Positions 39,271 to 52,000 of a stretch of DNA of 64,000 bases are shown in pieces. How positions within the stretch are numbered: the stretch's first letter is position 1; each line of letters opens with the position of its first letter. This DNA is from Chiloscyllium plagiosum (lineage: Eukaryota): positions 8,036,084 to 8,100,083 of the forward strand of contig NC_057750.1 in assembly GCF_004010195.1 (NCBI RefSeq), in the 5' to 3' direction. Both the position numbers and the translations under genes were made by a program. The notes under the pieces were generated by a model. The model did not search any database. It was not told the DNA's origin and saw only the letters and a program-made list of their open reading frames with translations.

Positions 39271-39433
39271 AGTCGAAGAGTGCGGTGCTGGAACAGCACA
39301 GCTTGTCAAGCAGCATCGGAGGAGCAGGAGCGTCGACGTTTCGAGCATAAGCTCTTCATCAGGAATGAGAGGCGATGACCGGCTGTGCTTTTCGAGCCCC
39401 ACACTCTGACTCTGATCCCCAGTTCTCACTTTC
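39271..39433. mobile_element. Hammerhead-type mini-element nested in the fold-back PLE, 11-bp TSD
   Basis: TSD tcatgtctttt at 39260-39270 and 39434-39444; minus-strand core CTGATGA-A-GAGC-ttat-GCTC-GAAA-C-GTC. Confidence 0.85.
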
Positions 39434-40944
39434 TCATGTCTTTTGATGGCTAGTTGGTGTTCGTGTATCCTGGTGGCTAGTTTTCTGCCTGTTTGTCTGA
39501 TAGTGTTTCTTACAGTCCTTGCATGATATTTTGCAAATTACATTCGTTTTGCTGGTTGTTGCTACAGGGTCCTTTAGGTTAATCAGTAGCTGTTTGTGTG
39601 TTGGTAGGTTCATGGGTTACCATGATGCCATGGGGTTGCAGTAATCTGGTAGTCTTCTCCGAGATGTCTTTGTATAGTGGTGTGGCTTGAGTTTGAGTGT
39701 GTTGTCTTGTTGTTTGGGTTTGTTGTTTAAGTATCAGCGGACTGTGTTTATCAGGTATCCGTTCTCCTTGAAGATGCTGTATAGGTGTTTTTCTTCTCGT
39801 AATTCCTGGGTGCTGCAGTATATTATAATCTTTTTTTAAATGTCCTGATGTAGCACTGTTTCTGGGTGATTGCTTCTGTAGTTAAGTATCCAGTCTGTGT
39901 GTTGCTTTCCTGTAGACGCTGGTCTGCAGTTCTCCATTAACTTTGATCCACTGTGACATCTAGGAAGGGGAGTCTGTTATTGTTGTTCTCCTCCACTTTA
40001 GTGAAATTTAGGCCAGTAAGGATGTTGATGTTGTTGGTTTCCTCTAATTGGTTCTGTTTTGTGATGTCAAAGGCGTCATCTACGTAGTGGCCAAAGTTTG
40101 GGTTGGTTTGTGGGGAAGGCTGTTTGTTCGAGTCTCTGCATTATTGGTGATCCCATGGGTGTTCCGTTGATTTGTTTGTAGGTTGTCTTATTGAAGGTGA
40201 AGTGGTTAGTGAGGCACAGGTCAACTAGCTTGAGGATGTTTGTCCTTGCTGATGAAGTTGGTGCTTGTCCTTAGTTTGTCTTGTAGTGCGGTCAGTATTT
40301 CTTAGGCCAGGCTGATGTTAATTGATGTGAACAGGGCTGTTACGTCAGAGAAGACAGTTATTTCGTCCTCTTCTATCTTGGTCTCTTTGATCAGGAATCC
40401 CTGAGTGGAATGGATGGAGTGGCATGAGTCTTCTAGGTATTTCAGTTTTCGGTGCCTCACTAACCACGCCCCCTTTGACGACAACACCTACAAACAAATC
40501 AATGGAATGCCCATAGGATCACCAATATTAGGCATATTAGCAGAAGCAGTAATGCAGAGACTCAAACAAACAGCCCTCCCCATGATCCAACCCAAACTTT
40601 GGGTCCACTATCTTTTGTCATCACAAAACAGAATAAATTAGAGAACCTACAACATCAACCTCCTTACTGGTATAAATTTCTCAAAAGAAGAGGAGAATAA
40701 CAACAACAGACTCCCCTTTCTAGATATCATAGTGGAAGAAACAGTTAATGGAGAACTGCAGACCAATGTCTACAGGAAAGCAACACACACAGACCAGATA
40801 TTTAATTACAGAAGCAATCATCTCAACACCCACAAACAGACCTGCATCAGGACATTATTTAAATGGGCCACAATACACTCCAGCACCCATAAACTACAAG
40901 TAGCAGAAGAAAAATATCTAATATAATATTTTCAAGAAGAATGC

Positions 40945-41078
40945 AGGGCGAAAGTGAGGATTGCAGTTGCTGGAGATTAGAGTACCGATTCGTGGTGCTG
41001 GAAAAGTACAATCATTCCTGATGAAGTGCTTCTGCCCGAAACGTCGATTTTCCTGTTCCTCGGATGTTGCCTGACCTG
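40945..41078. mobile_element. Hammerhead-type mini-element nested in the right arm of the fold-back PLE
   Basis: Minus-oriented tail (aaagtgaggattgcag...) fused to plus core ATTC-CTGATGA-A-GTGC-ttct-GCCC-GAAA-C-GTC. Confidence 0.75.
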
Positions 41079-42382
41079 ATAAACACAGTCCGTCGATTCT
41101 TAAACAACAAGACACAACACGCCCAGAAACTCTAGCCACACTACCATGCATTAAAAAACATCTCTGAGAAGACTACCAGGCTACTCCGCCCCCTTGGCAT
41201 CAAACCTATCAACATGCAAACAGCTACTAATTAACCTAAAGGACCCTATACCAACAACCAGCAAAACAAATGTAATTTGCAAAATATCATGCAAAGACTA
41301 ACAAACACTATATCAGACAAACAGGCAGAAAACTAGCCACCAGGATATACAAAAACCAACTAGCCACCAAAAGACATGACCCACTATCACTAGTAACCTT
41401 ACTTACAGACTAAGAAGGACACCACTTCGATTGGGACAACGTGTCCATCGTTGGACAGACTGAACAGAGACATTCACAGGAATTACTCGAGGCCTGGCAT
41501 TTGAACCAGAACTCTATCAATAAACACATTGATTTGGACCCCATTTACCAACCTCTGAGAAAAAGAACTGGAAATGATAACATCCACCTTTGGAGACCAA
41601 GACACCCAAATAGTGGGATAGCGCACCAGTGCTTCACCGGCGGCTCACTGATGTTACCAAGCATGGTGATGACATGTCTGAAAACAAACCTGCCAGCTTA
41701 GCGAGCAAACTTACAACCTGAACTTCAACCTGTGCTACAAATATTCTCAAAAATCGCATCTACTGTCATTGTGGGATTCAAACTTGGGTCCCCAGAACTT
41801 AAACAGAGTCTCTGTATTAACAGTCCAGCAAAAATACCACTAGACCATTGCCTCCCCTAGCTTCAAGGGTTTTGTCCAGATCATCTTTTATTTCGTTGGA
41901 TCAGTTTTGACAAAAGAATTACAAGGAAGTTTGCATACTCGTGTTGTGTTAGACTGTATAACGCACCGTTTATTTACATCAATGTTTCCTGCCTCCACAA
42001 TGTGACTCACTGATTCGTTCATTTGTCTTGGCTCTCAAACTCTTCAGTTTTGGACTTGCTGTGCAGTAAGGAAAGAAAATTCTAGAAATATGCAGCAGGT
42101 CTGGCAGTATTTGTGGAGAAAAAAAATTAGTGCTAATGTTTCCGTGTATGAGTTATTGTTAGAATTCATCTGCAGTATGGTCATGTATCCTTAAGTTATA
42201 TTCTACCTCCCCCTCTCCCAGAAATGTAGTGAATGACTTGTCCCTTCCAAATATAGGAGCAGACATTTGCCATTCATGCTTGCCATCTCGTTCTGCCATT
42301 TAAGCATGATGGTGATTTAATCTACACTTTGACTTCATTTACTTGCTGTTGATTCACATCCCTTATCCACATTGAAAAGTAT

Positions 42383-42735
42383 GAGCAGCATGACGGCTCA
42401 GTGGCTAGCACTGCTCCCTAACACCACTAGGATCCCTTATTCGATTCCACCAGTGGCTGACTGTGTGGAGTTTGCACCTTTCCCCTGCTCCGTGTCTGTG
42501 GGTGTCCTCTATGTGCTCCAGTTTCCTTACCCGGTCCAAAGATGTTCAAGTTAGGGTGGATTGGCCATGCTAAATTGCCCATAGTGTCCAGGGTGTATAG
42601 GCTAGGTGGATTAACCATGGGAAATGCAGGATTGCAGGTATAGGGTAGGGGCTGGTTCTAAGTGGAGCACTCTTCAGAGGGTCAGCATGGACTTAGAATC
42701 CCTATAACGTGGAAGCAGACCATTTACCCTATCAA
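42383..42735 (+). mobile_element. HE1-type V-SINE with inverted last ~40 bp
   Basis: Head and V-domain as at 38516; 42695-42735 is the reverse complement of the expected tail. Confidence 0.85.
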
Positions 42736-42744
42736 CCACAGTCT

Positions 42745-43690
42745 TATAACATTGAACATTACAGCGTTGTACAGGCCATTTGGCCTCGATGGTTCCACAG
42801 GTCGGCACAACAATCTGAAGCTCTTCTAACCTATACTATTCCATTCTCGCCCATATGCCTATCCAATGACCATTTGAATGCCCTTAAAGTTGGCAAGTCT
42901 ACTACTGTTGCAGGCAGTGTGTTTCACCCCCCCATTACTCTGAGTAAAGAAACTACCTCTGACATCTGTCCTATATCTATCACCCCACGATTTAAAGCTG
43001 TGTCTCCTTGTGCTAGCCGTTGCCATCCAAGGAAAAAAGCTCTCGCTGTCCAACCTATCTAATCATCTGATTATCTTATGTCTCAATTAAGTCATCTCTC
43101 TATCATCTTCAGTGAAATTAGTCCCTCAGCCTTTCCTAGTAAGACTTTCCCTCCATACCAGGCAACATCCTATTAAATCTCCTCTGAACCCTTTTCCAAA
43201 GCTTCCACATCCTTGCTATAATGTGGTGACCAGAACTGTACGCAATACTTGCAAATGTGGCCCCACCAGAGTTCTGTACAGCTGCAGCAAGATCTCATGA
43301 TTCCGAAACTTAATCCCTCTACCAGTAAAAGCTAACACACCATATGCCTTCTTAACAATCCTATCAACCTGGGTGGCAACTTTTTTAAGGATCTATGTAC
43401 CTGGACCCCTTGATTCCTGATGAAGGGCTTTTGCCCGAAACGTCGATTTCGAAGCTCCTTGGATGCTGCCTGAACTGCTGTGCTCTTCCAGCACCACTAA
43501 TCCAGAATCTGGTTTCCAGCGTCTGCAGTCATTGTTTTTACCTCCTGAGATCTCTCTGCTCATCCACACTGCCAAGAATCTTACCACTAGCCCAGTACTC
43601 TGCATTCCTGTTGTTCCTTCCAAAGTGAATCATCTCGCACTTTTCCACATTAAACTCCATTTGCCACTTCTCAAATGGAGTTTAAAGTGG
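42745..43690 (-). mobile_element. CR1 LINE 3' fragment
   Basis: ORF-track peptide ...HSFKSWGDRYRTDVRGSFFTQ; CR1 tail near 42750. Confidence 0.8.
43412..43543 (+). mobile_element. Single-arm hammerhead-type mini-element inside CR1, intact core
   Basis: GATTC-CTGATGA-A-GGGC-tttt-GCCC-GAAA-C-GTC-GATTT; tail cagtcattgtttttacct. Confidence 0.85.
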
Positions 43691-44309
43691 ATTATCAGTT
43701 CATTGTTTGTTGAATTCACTGCCAGGTGACCATGATCTAATTTTATATTTGCTGTTCCTTAGTTCTGAGCTACTCCTGCCCTCCCAAATGTCAACCCAAA
43801 TGAATTTGTTTATTATATCTTAATTGTGTTATACGCTTAGCAAGTGTTTTCTTTTGTCCTCAAACTGTAAACCTTTGAACCTTTGGTAATCTTGTTCTAT
43901 CCATTCTGATATTCACCTTTGATATGTGGTGCCCACAAACTGAATGCAGTGCTGAGCTAGGATCTGAGGAAGGCAGTTCCTTCCTTTAAATTCATTGCGT
44001 TTAAGTGCAATGTTCTATGAGCATTGTTGATTACTGTGTTCCTATTTACAGAGTAGCTTCCTTCACTTAGCTATACAACATTCTATCCATCAAACTTAGT
44101 TGCCTATCTAAATTGAGAAATTACTCTGTTCCCTTATCCAAGTTACTGATGTGATGAAAGGTGAGGCATCAGCCTAGATACTTGGAAACGACGATTTATC
44201 AAGTACCAATTAGAATACATTCCCTTAATCACTGCTCTCTTTCATATTTTCCAACCAGTTGTCAACACATTAATGAAGCCAGTTCTGATCCTTTATTTTT
44301 GCTAATCTA

Positions 44310-45245
44310 AAGATGATGGTAGAGGGTTGTATTTTTTGGACTGGAGGCATGTGACCAGCAGTGTGCAACAAGATTCATTGCTGAGTATATTGTTTTTTTT
44401 TTGTCACATATAAAAATGGTTTGGGTATGAATGAGATATGGTTAGTAAGTTTGCACATGACACCAAAATTAGTTTAGTGGGTGAAGAAGGTTATCTCAAA
44501 GTAGAATGGCCTGGGGAATGGTCAATGGAGTTTAATTTAGATAAATAAGTGGCGTTGCATTTTGGTAAGATACATGAGTGCAGGGCTTATGCTGTTAATG
44601 TTAGGGCCCTGGAAATTGTTGCTGAGCAAAGATGCCTCGGAGTGCAGGTGCATAGTTCCTTGAAAGTAGAGCTGCAGGTAGGTAGGGTGGTAAAGAAGGC
44701 ATTTGTGATGCTTGCCTTCGTTGGTCAGTGAATTGAGTATAGGAGTTGAGGTCATATTGTGACTATAAAGGACATTGGTGAGGCCACTTCTAGAATACTG
44801 CATTCACTTCTGCTATAGGAGGGGGGTTAATAAAAGATTTACAAGGATGTTGCTAGAGTTGGAGGGTTTGCTTTATATGGTGAGGCTGAATAGGCTGATG
44901 CTTTTTTTTTCCCTGGAGTGTCAGAGGCTAAGAGGTAACCTTTTACAGAGGTTTATAAAATCACGATGGGCATGGATAAGGTAAAGATAAGGTCTCTTTC
45001 CTAGGGTAGGCAGGTCCAAAACTAGAGGGCAGAGGTTTAAATTGAGAGGGGAAAGATTTAAAAGGGACATAAAGGGCAGCCTTTTCAAGCAGAGGGTAAT
45101 GAATAAATGGAATGAGCTCCCAGAGGGAGTGGTAGAGATGGGTACAATTATATAATATTTTAAAAAGGCATCTGGATTAGAACTGTTGTGATATGGGCCA
45201 AATGCTGGCAAATGGGATGAGATCAGTTTAGGATATCTAGACTCA
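44310..45245 (+). mobile_element. CR1 LINE 3' fragment
   Basis: LHFGK...LGVQVHSSLKV...VRPLLEYCIHF remnants and 3' UTR. Confidence 0.85.
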
Positions 45246-45890
45246 ATGAACTGTATTTACTGACTCCATATTGACTATGTTCAAAGACCCTCATTCATCC
45301 ATTACGTTAACTTAGATGTGAATTGCCCTTATTTTCTGGTTCATCTCCTAATCATCAATGCAGACTTCACTACTCGTCCAGACTCTCCTTGAGTTATGTT
45401 TCTATTACGTTCTGCACATATGGCAAGGGGTATAAAATCCAATACTAAAGCTCTTCATGTTAAAAATCAATCAAAATGATGATTGATGGGGAAGCATTGG
45501 TCCATCAAAGGCACATAGAGCTGAGACAGTAGAAAATAAGGAAATGGCAGACTTGTTAAATAAGTAGTTTGTATCCTTTATCTTTAATCAAGGAAGAGAA
45601 CAAAATGCCATGTGGATAAGGGTGCGCACACACAGTTAACAGGAGGAACTTACCTCTTTCTTGCTTTTAAGTACAGTAACAAAGAAAATAATGGGATTCA
45701 AGATAAACATCTTCAGCAATTAATGGTTTCCATCTTGATGTATTTAAATAAGTTGGTGAGAAAATAGGAGAAACGTGAGTCATATTTTTCTAAAGACACT
45801 GGAGAATTGTCTCCATGTTTGAAGAGAGGAGAGACTGGAAAACAGAAGAGCTGTCTGTTCAATATAATTTGCTTTTGTTCACAACCACAG

Positions 45891-46236
45891 AGTCATAGAA
45901 TCCCTATAGTGTGGAAGTGGGCCTTTCATCCCAAAGAGTCCCCACTGACCCTCTGAAGAGCATCCCACCCAGACCAAACCCCCAATGCCTGTAACCCTAT
46001 ATTTTCCTTGGCTAACCCACCTAGCTTGGATATCCCTGGACATTATGGGAAATTTAATATGGCCAATCCACCTAAGTGCACGTCTTTGGACTATGAGAGG
46101 AAACTGGAGCACCCTGAGGAAACCCATGCAGACACCGCACAAACATGCGCACCCCACACGCAGTCACCCAAGGATGGAATCGAACCCAGATCCCTGGCAC
46201 CCTGAGGCAGCAGTGCTAACCACTGAGCCACCGTGA
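45891..46236 (-). mobile_element. HE1-type V-SINE
   Basis: Reverse complement of head (cagtgctaaccactgagccaccgtg), V-domain and tail (catagaatccctat). Confidence 0.9.
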
Positions 46237-47344
46237 CACTCATACATTCGGACATACCCAGAGTATTTACATGGTACTTTTTTGAAGTGTTATCACTGTT
46301 ATCTACAATATATAACACAACACATGGTTACATGCGGCAAGGTTATAAGCTATGTAATTGTGGTCAGATCCGCTTGTTTAGTGATGTAATTTGAGGGATA
46401 AATATTTCTTAAGGACATTGGGAGAACACTTCTTTAAATAGTGTGTGGATTATTTTGGCGACCACTTCAGAGGGTGCTTTTAATTTTTTGATCTGAAAGC
46501 AGGCATCCTTACAGTGTAGCCCCCTATTGGTAATTAAGTCAGTACTGTAACCTACAGTCAGGCTAGATTTTGTGCTCTTGTCCTTGGTGTAAATCTTAAA
46601 TCCACATTTTACTAAAGAACTGAGAAATCTTTTGAGTGAGGTTAAACATTTTGTATGATACTTTTAACTAGTGACCTGTTTCTTTACCATCAAATTGTTA
46701 GTTAACTTTTTTTTTGGCTTATTTTGTGGGAGGTGGGCATTGCAGGCTAGGCCAGCATGTCCAGTGGCATTAAGCTGCCGCCATGAGCTGCTGCAGTATA
46801 GTGAGGCATCCCCACAATGTTGTTCTTTGCATATCAAATTTGTCTCCTTATCAATTCTAAAACATGTTATTCCAGGAAACAGTCCCAAGTATATTTTTAG
46901 AAATTTGCTGCCTTTAATCCTAGGGCTGTCCAGACTGAGTAATAAATCTAACATTATAATCATGTCTCTCGATAATGAAGCTGTCTATGTCTTATTGGAA
47001 CAAGATTTGGACAATATTTAGGCTTGGGCTGATAAATGATATTTGTGCCTCATGAGTACCTGGCAGACACTACCACCAGCAAAATAATGTTGGTTAGTCA
47101 GGTTTTGACATTCAGAAGTGCTGTCATCTCTACCATCAACTACTTTAGCGGGTCACCATGATCCGAAACGTAACTGGACTGACCACGTGAAATACACAAA
47201 GGTTTTGAAAACATGTACTGACACATTTCAAGCACAGCTTCTTTCCTGCTGTTATTAGACTTTTGGACCTCTCATTTTAGCGTGGTCCCTTACTTACTGA
47301 CAGTTTGGAGACTGTCTGGGGCTCGCCTATCTTGTCTTTTCTGC

Positions 47345-47470
47345 CCTTTCTGTTGCTGTAACACTATATTCTGCATTCTGTTCTATTACCCTGATGTACC
47401 TATGTAAGGTAGGATTTGGGTGTAGAGCATGCAAAACAATGCGTTTCACTGTACCTCAGTACAAATCAAA
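47345..47470 (+). mobile_element. Possible Rex1/Babar-type LINE 3' end
   Basis: ctgtaacactatattctgcattctg...tttcactgtacctcagtacaaatcaaa resembles fish/shark Rex1 tails as I recall them. Confidence 0.4.
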
Positions 47471-48682
47471 TTTTTTTTAAAAATTCAAGCATGGTTACAA
47501 GATCAAGTCAGAGGTTGAGAATTCTCTTACAAGTAACTTGCCTTTTGACTCCCCAAAGCCTGTCTGCTTTATGGCATGTCTGATGGGATTTTGTCCGTTT
47601 GGCTGAAGGAGTGCAGCTTTTTTTTTGTTAAACAATACACAACTGATCAAAAATACAATTATTATAACTCCTATTGTAAAGACCACCATTCGCAAATATA
47701 AGCAAATCCTGCTGATGGTTTCAGCTTAGAACCAACCTCATAGTTTCGAACTTGCTTAGATGAGTGTAACTGTAAGAGCACTCAAAAACCTCAGTACTGT
47801 CCAGGGTAAGACTGCCTGCTTGATTGGCATCCATCCACTACTTTAGATATTCATTTCCTTGACATCTGTGCACTATGGCAGAAGAGTGTATTGTCTACAG
47901 GATACATTGCTGCAATTCGCAAGGCTTTGTTGACAGCACCTTCCAAACCCTGCGATTTCTGTTGCTTACGGAAATGATTTCAAATTCCTTTCAAAACCTC
48001 TTTGGAGGTATTACCATTCCTTACCGGGTCGGATGCTTGCTGTGATGGGGAACTCCTTTATTAAAAGCTAATCTTGAATGCAGTAGTTTATGGAAGGAGC
48101 TGTCTGCTGTGCTTTATGGGCATTGGGTCTGTAGATTCTGGGGTCTGCCAGCAATACCGATGCCTATTGATCAAATTATTAGAAGGTGGTAATAAGAGGT
48201 TTTGTTTTTGCTGCATGTATTCCCAATCTCTGCATTTTTAAATTCTCCACCCTTTCCTCTTGATCTATAAGGTCTCTTATTTGTGGACAGTTTGGAGACT
48301 GTCTGGGGATGGCCTAGCCTGTCTTGTAGCAACAAACAATTGAGTGGTATTAAAATGATTCATAGTTTTAAAATGGTTTGAAGCATGAAGGGGTGGGGGG
48401 GAATACGTTCAAAAATCAACTTGCTGGTCCCTGTAATGAATGAATGAATGCATAGTAGAAGTTTGTGTCTCTTATACTAAACTGAATGGCTGCACTGTTG
48501 TTGCTGAACATCAACATTTTGTTTTTAAAAGCAAAATCCTAAAAAATTCTGATTTCCAGAAAGAATTATCGTAGTTACTGATTTATAAAGTTATTTCAAA
48601 TATACCAGGCAGGTTAGGTTCATCAAGTGCTTCCATCACTTCAGTTTAATTTTTGATATTGGGTGGCAGTTGGCAGTTGAAT

Positions 48683-49030
48683 TAGTCACAGATGCACAGC
48701 ACGGAAACAGACCTTTTGGACCAACTCGTCCATGCCGACCAGATATTCCAACCCAATCTAGTCACATCTGCCAGCAATCAGCCCATATCCCTCCAAACCC
48801 TTCCTATTCATATACCCCTCCAGATGCATTTTAAATGTTGCGATTGTTCTAGCCTCCACTTCCTCAGGCAGCCCATTCCACATGCACCACCCTCTGCATG
48901 AAGAAGTTGCGCCTTGGGTCCCTTTTTTTTAAATATATTTTTCTTCTCACCTAAACCGCTGCCCTCTAGTTCTGGACTCTCCCACCCAAGGGAAAAGACC
49001 TTGTCTATTTACCCTACCCATGCCCCTCAT
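48683..49030 (-). mobile_element. CR1 LINE 3' end
   Basis: agtcacagatgcacagcacggaaacagacc... same tail family as 14515 and 55352. Confidence 0.8.
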
Positions 49031-52000
49031 GTTAGAATTGGTATACTTTTCAGCTGTTTAATGGATTTGTCTGGAATGTTAACAGACCTCTTGAATTTCC
49101 TTCCAGACATCACATTTATTCACAAATAAATATAGTAGGAGCTGTAGCAATTGAATTGTACATGAGTTTGCAGTAGGTGACGTCTTCTTTCTGTGAACAG
49201 GGAAATTGCCAAATCGGTGATCTTCAAAACTAAATTTGGATCAGAATTTTAAATGTGGTGACTTTTGATGACTTCTGCCCATTTCTTTACATTTCTTGGG
49301 CAAGGTCCCATCGCCAGTGGCATGTTTGCCTGGTTAACAACTCTTCATGCATGAGACTTTAAGATAACAATTGCACAGTAGATGTTGATCCATTTGTCTA
49401 TTGTTGAGTGATCCCATTTTTGTTCTTTGGAGTTGACTAATATCAATATTTATTTAATGCAGTTGTAGGTTGTACAGTAGTCACTAATTTCACAACTTGG
49501 AATGTAAACCAGTGAAATTTAAATCATGCCCTGTTTAAAGGCGAAGTAATGTTTTGTAAAATCATGCTGTTGTCTAAATCTTATCTTCAAGTGCATACTC
49601 ATTTCAGTTAAATACTGGGGCTAGTTGAACTAAACCTGTCTGATGTTAAAATAATAAATCTTAACATGGATTGTGCTGTTGCATCATTTAATGGCTGACC
49701 TGTGCGTCAGTGCAATTTGTCTGCTTTTATTCCATATTCATTGTTCTCTTGCCTTTTTAAAAAAAAAACTGTCACTTGTAGTTTTGAATATTTCAGTTGA
49801 TCTGGTTGAAATGCTGGCTTTTGTAGAAAGAGATTTCAAATTGATGCTATCCTTTTCTGATTCTTTGTGCTGGATTGTACTAGATGAATAAGTAATTTTT
49901 CTATTCCTACCTTTTTGGAATCATTTTAAACACAAATGGACAATTTCTCACCTTTAAGTTCTGAAATGCAAGCTTACTTAATCTGTACCGTAATTTTTAA
50001 CCCAGTCAGTTGCACTGTCCCTCTGGTGAATGTACTGAATGTCTCCCAATTCATTACTGTATATCAGTATCGAAAAGCAGTGTGCAGTCTAAATGCAAAA
50101 GCTCTAATGTGACCAAAGGTTACGTAATTAAAATATAACTGTCTGTGAGTACTACGATTTGCATCCACCCTTTGCAGTTCCTAATCTTTTCCTATTGGTC
50201 AGATTTGCCCCCTTTGGGTCCAAAGTGAGTGCCTTTGTATTTTCCACATTTAAGCTCATCTGTCACAGTTATGTTCACTTATTTTGCTCCCTCGTGTACA
50301 AAGCGCCATGAATTTCAACTTACTGTGCCTCCTAACTTGGTTTCTTTTGCAGACTTGGAAATGCATCTCTCTTCCTTCATCTAAGCCATTTGTTTTGTAT
50401 GGTGAAAAGCTGAGTCACCAGTGCAAATTCTTAGGGAATGCAATATCAATGCGTTCCCCTTATCCTTAGTCTCTGCCTCCTTTTGTCTATTTTTATCTCC
50501 TCTATTGTCTATTATCTATTGTCATTCCTAGTCTCCAATGAGCATACATTTCCAAGAGTAGTAACATTGGCCATTTTCAGACACTTCTCTCAGTTTTTCA
50601 GAATTTTCAAATCCACTGTCTGTTGTATAGCCTGCACTGCAGCTGTTTGCTTCAGCCATGTCTGACTAAATCTCCTCGAATTCTTAGACTTGCAGGATGC
50701 ACTTCTACGACTAAAGGCAGGAATTCTGGCCAGTTCTGAATTCTGACTGTCAAATCTATCTTGGTTTGTAGAAGGGCAAGAGACACCCAAGTGAAGAAAT
50801 TTGTTGACCATATACAAAGTTTTAATTACCTGCAAACAAAAGCAAGAACAGCAATGTGCTTGTGGTGTATGGACTTTGTCTTCTAGCTTTGGAGAAGTAG
50901 GGAAAGAGGGAGGAAAAACAGTAGAATTAGTGTGGTCAGCTGTAAACTTACTGTAAGCTACTGAAGCTGGACAAAGGAGAGAGGTGGTGTTCAGGATTGA
51001 TTATGTCACATGTGAACAAAGAAAGTTATTTTCTATGCAGTTCAATGTATTTGTTGCCTGATAAGTTAGTATTTTGACAATTTATTTTAACTTAACACAA
51101 TAAAACTCTTCAACTGAAATCTTGTTGGGCGATTCTCTGTTATTCATTGGAAACGTGAGCACCTTTTTAGAAAGTTATGTTTCTATTCTTAACTTCTTAA
51201 CGCTGAGTTGGTGGTTTGTGATTCAACCAAAAGTGTATACCCATTGTTCTTTGTGTAATGTGACTTCCTTTCATCGTAAGTGAGACATGAGGAACTCAGT
51301 GTGTGCAAATCTGACCAACTCCTGTTGTTGAACTTCTATCTCAAGATCCATTCCTAATGGTACCATATTCACTTGAAGCTGTTGAATGATGTTAACCTTC
51401 ATATCAAAGTATAACTGTTTACTGAGCCATTTGAATAAATACATTTTTAAAAAACCTTTGCATTCAATCCTAAATTCAACATAGTGTTTTCAGTGTTGAC
51501 CTGGCTGGTGGGCCTGTTTTACCAAAACGTTGAAGCTCAACCAAGAGGAAGCTGTTCTGTGGTTTCACATTTATGTTCAAAAAATTTCTGTCTTCCTTTT
51601 AGCTTTTTGGGCTGTGTTCAAAGTGATGGCTTGAATTTGCTTAACTTTCTTTTCCTTGGAGAATTTTGTCCCTCATTGCACTACCTGCTGCAGTTCTTTT
51701 TTTCTCCCTATGATACTTCCTTATCCTTTTGAGCTTAGTGTATAAAAACTTCCTAAATTCAAGAGGCTGCATTTTCTTGATAATTTTAACTGTACTGTCT
51801 CTGAATTGGTCCCTGCATGAATCTCAATTTGATATTGGTGGGAGGGATGTTGAAGTTTTTTTATTTGTTTTGAAATACATGGAACGTAAATTCACAATGA
51901 AGTGGTATTGGCAGGGCTGATTTTAAGCAAGCTTCATTTTCTTAACTTCCATGGTGTGGATCTGGTTCTGCATGCCAATAACATCAACTTTGTGTGAGGT

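Larger units (their letters stand above)
38915..41757. mobile_element. Fold-back Penelope-like element (RT + GIY-YIG remnants in two inverted arms)
   Basis: Left arm (minus) ~38915-40217, spacer ~40218-40451 (FSDVTALFTSI, RT motif A), right arm (plus) ~40452-41717 with YKQINGMPIGSPI, VYRKATHTDQ and an NVICKISCK...YIRQTGRKLATRI GIY-YIG remnant. Ends gttgtaagtttgc / gcaaacttacaac; forward-only tail to ~41757. Confidence 0.85.
36724..41858 (-). mobile_element. One SINE split into four colinear pieces (36724-36807, 38436-38515, 38860-38914, 41758-41858)
   Basis: The pieces match the tail, body, body and head of the 56071-56413 SINE in reverse-complement order. Confidence 0.75.

Noticed and set aside
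50850..51260. Possible additional LTR-like repeat
   Set aside because: No convincing termini or TSD could be defined.
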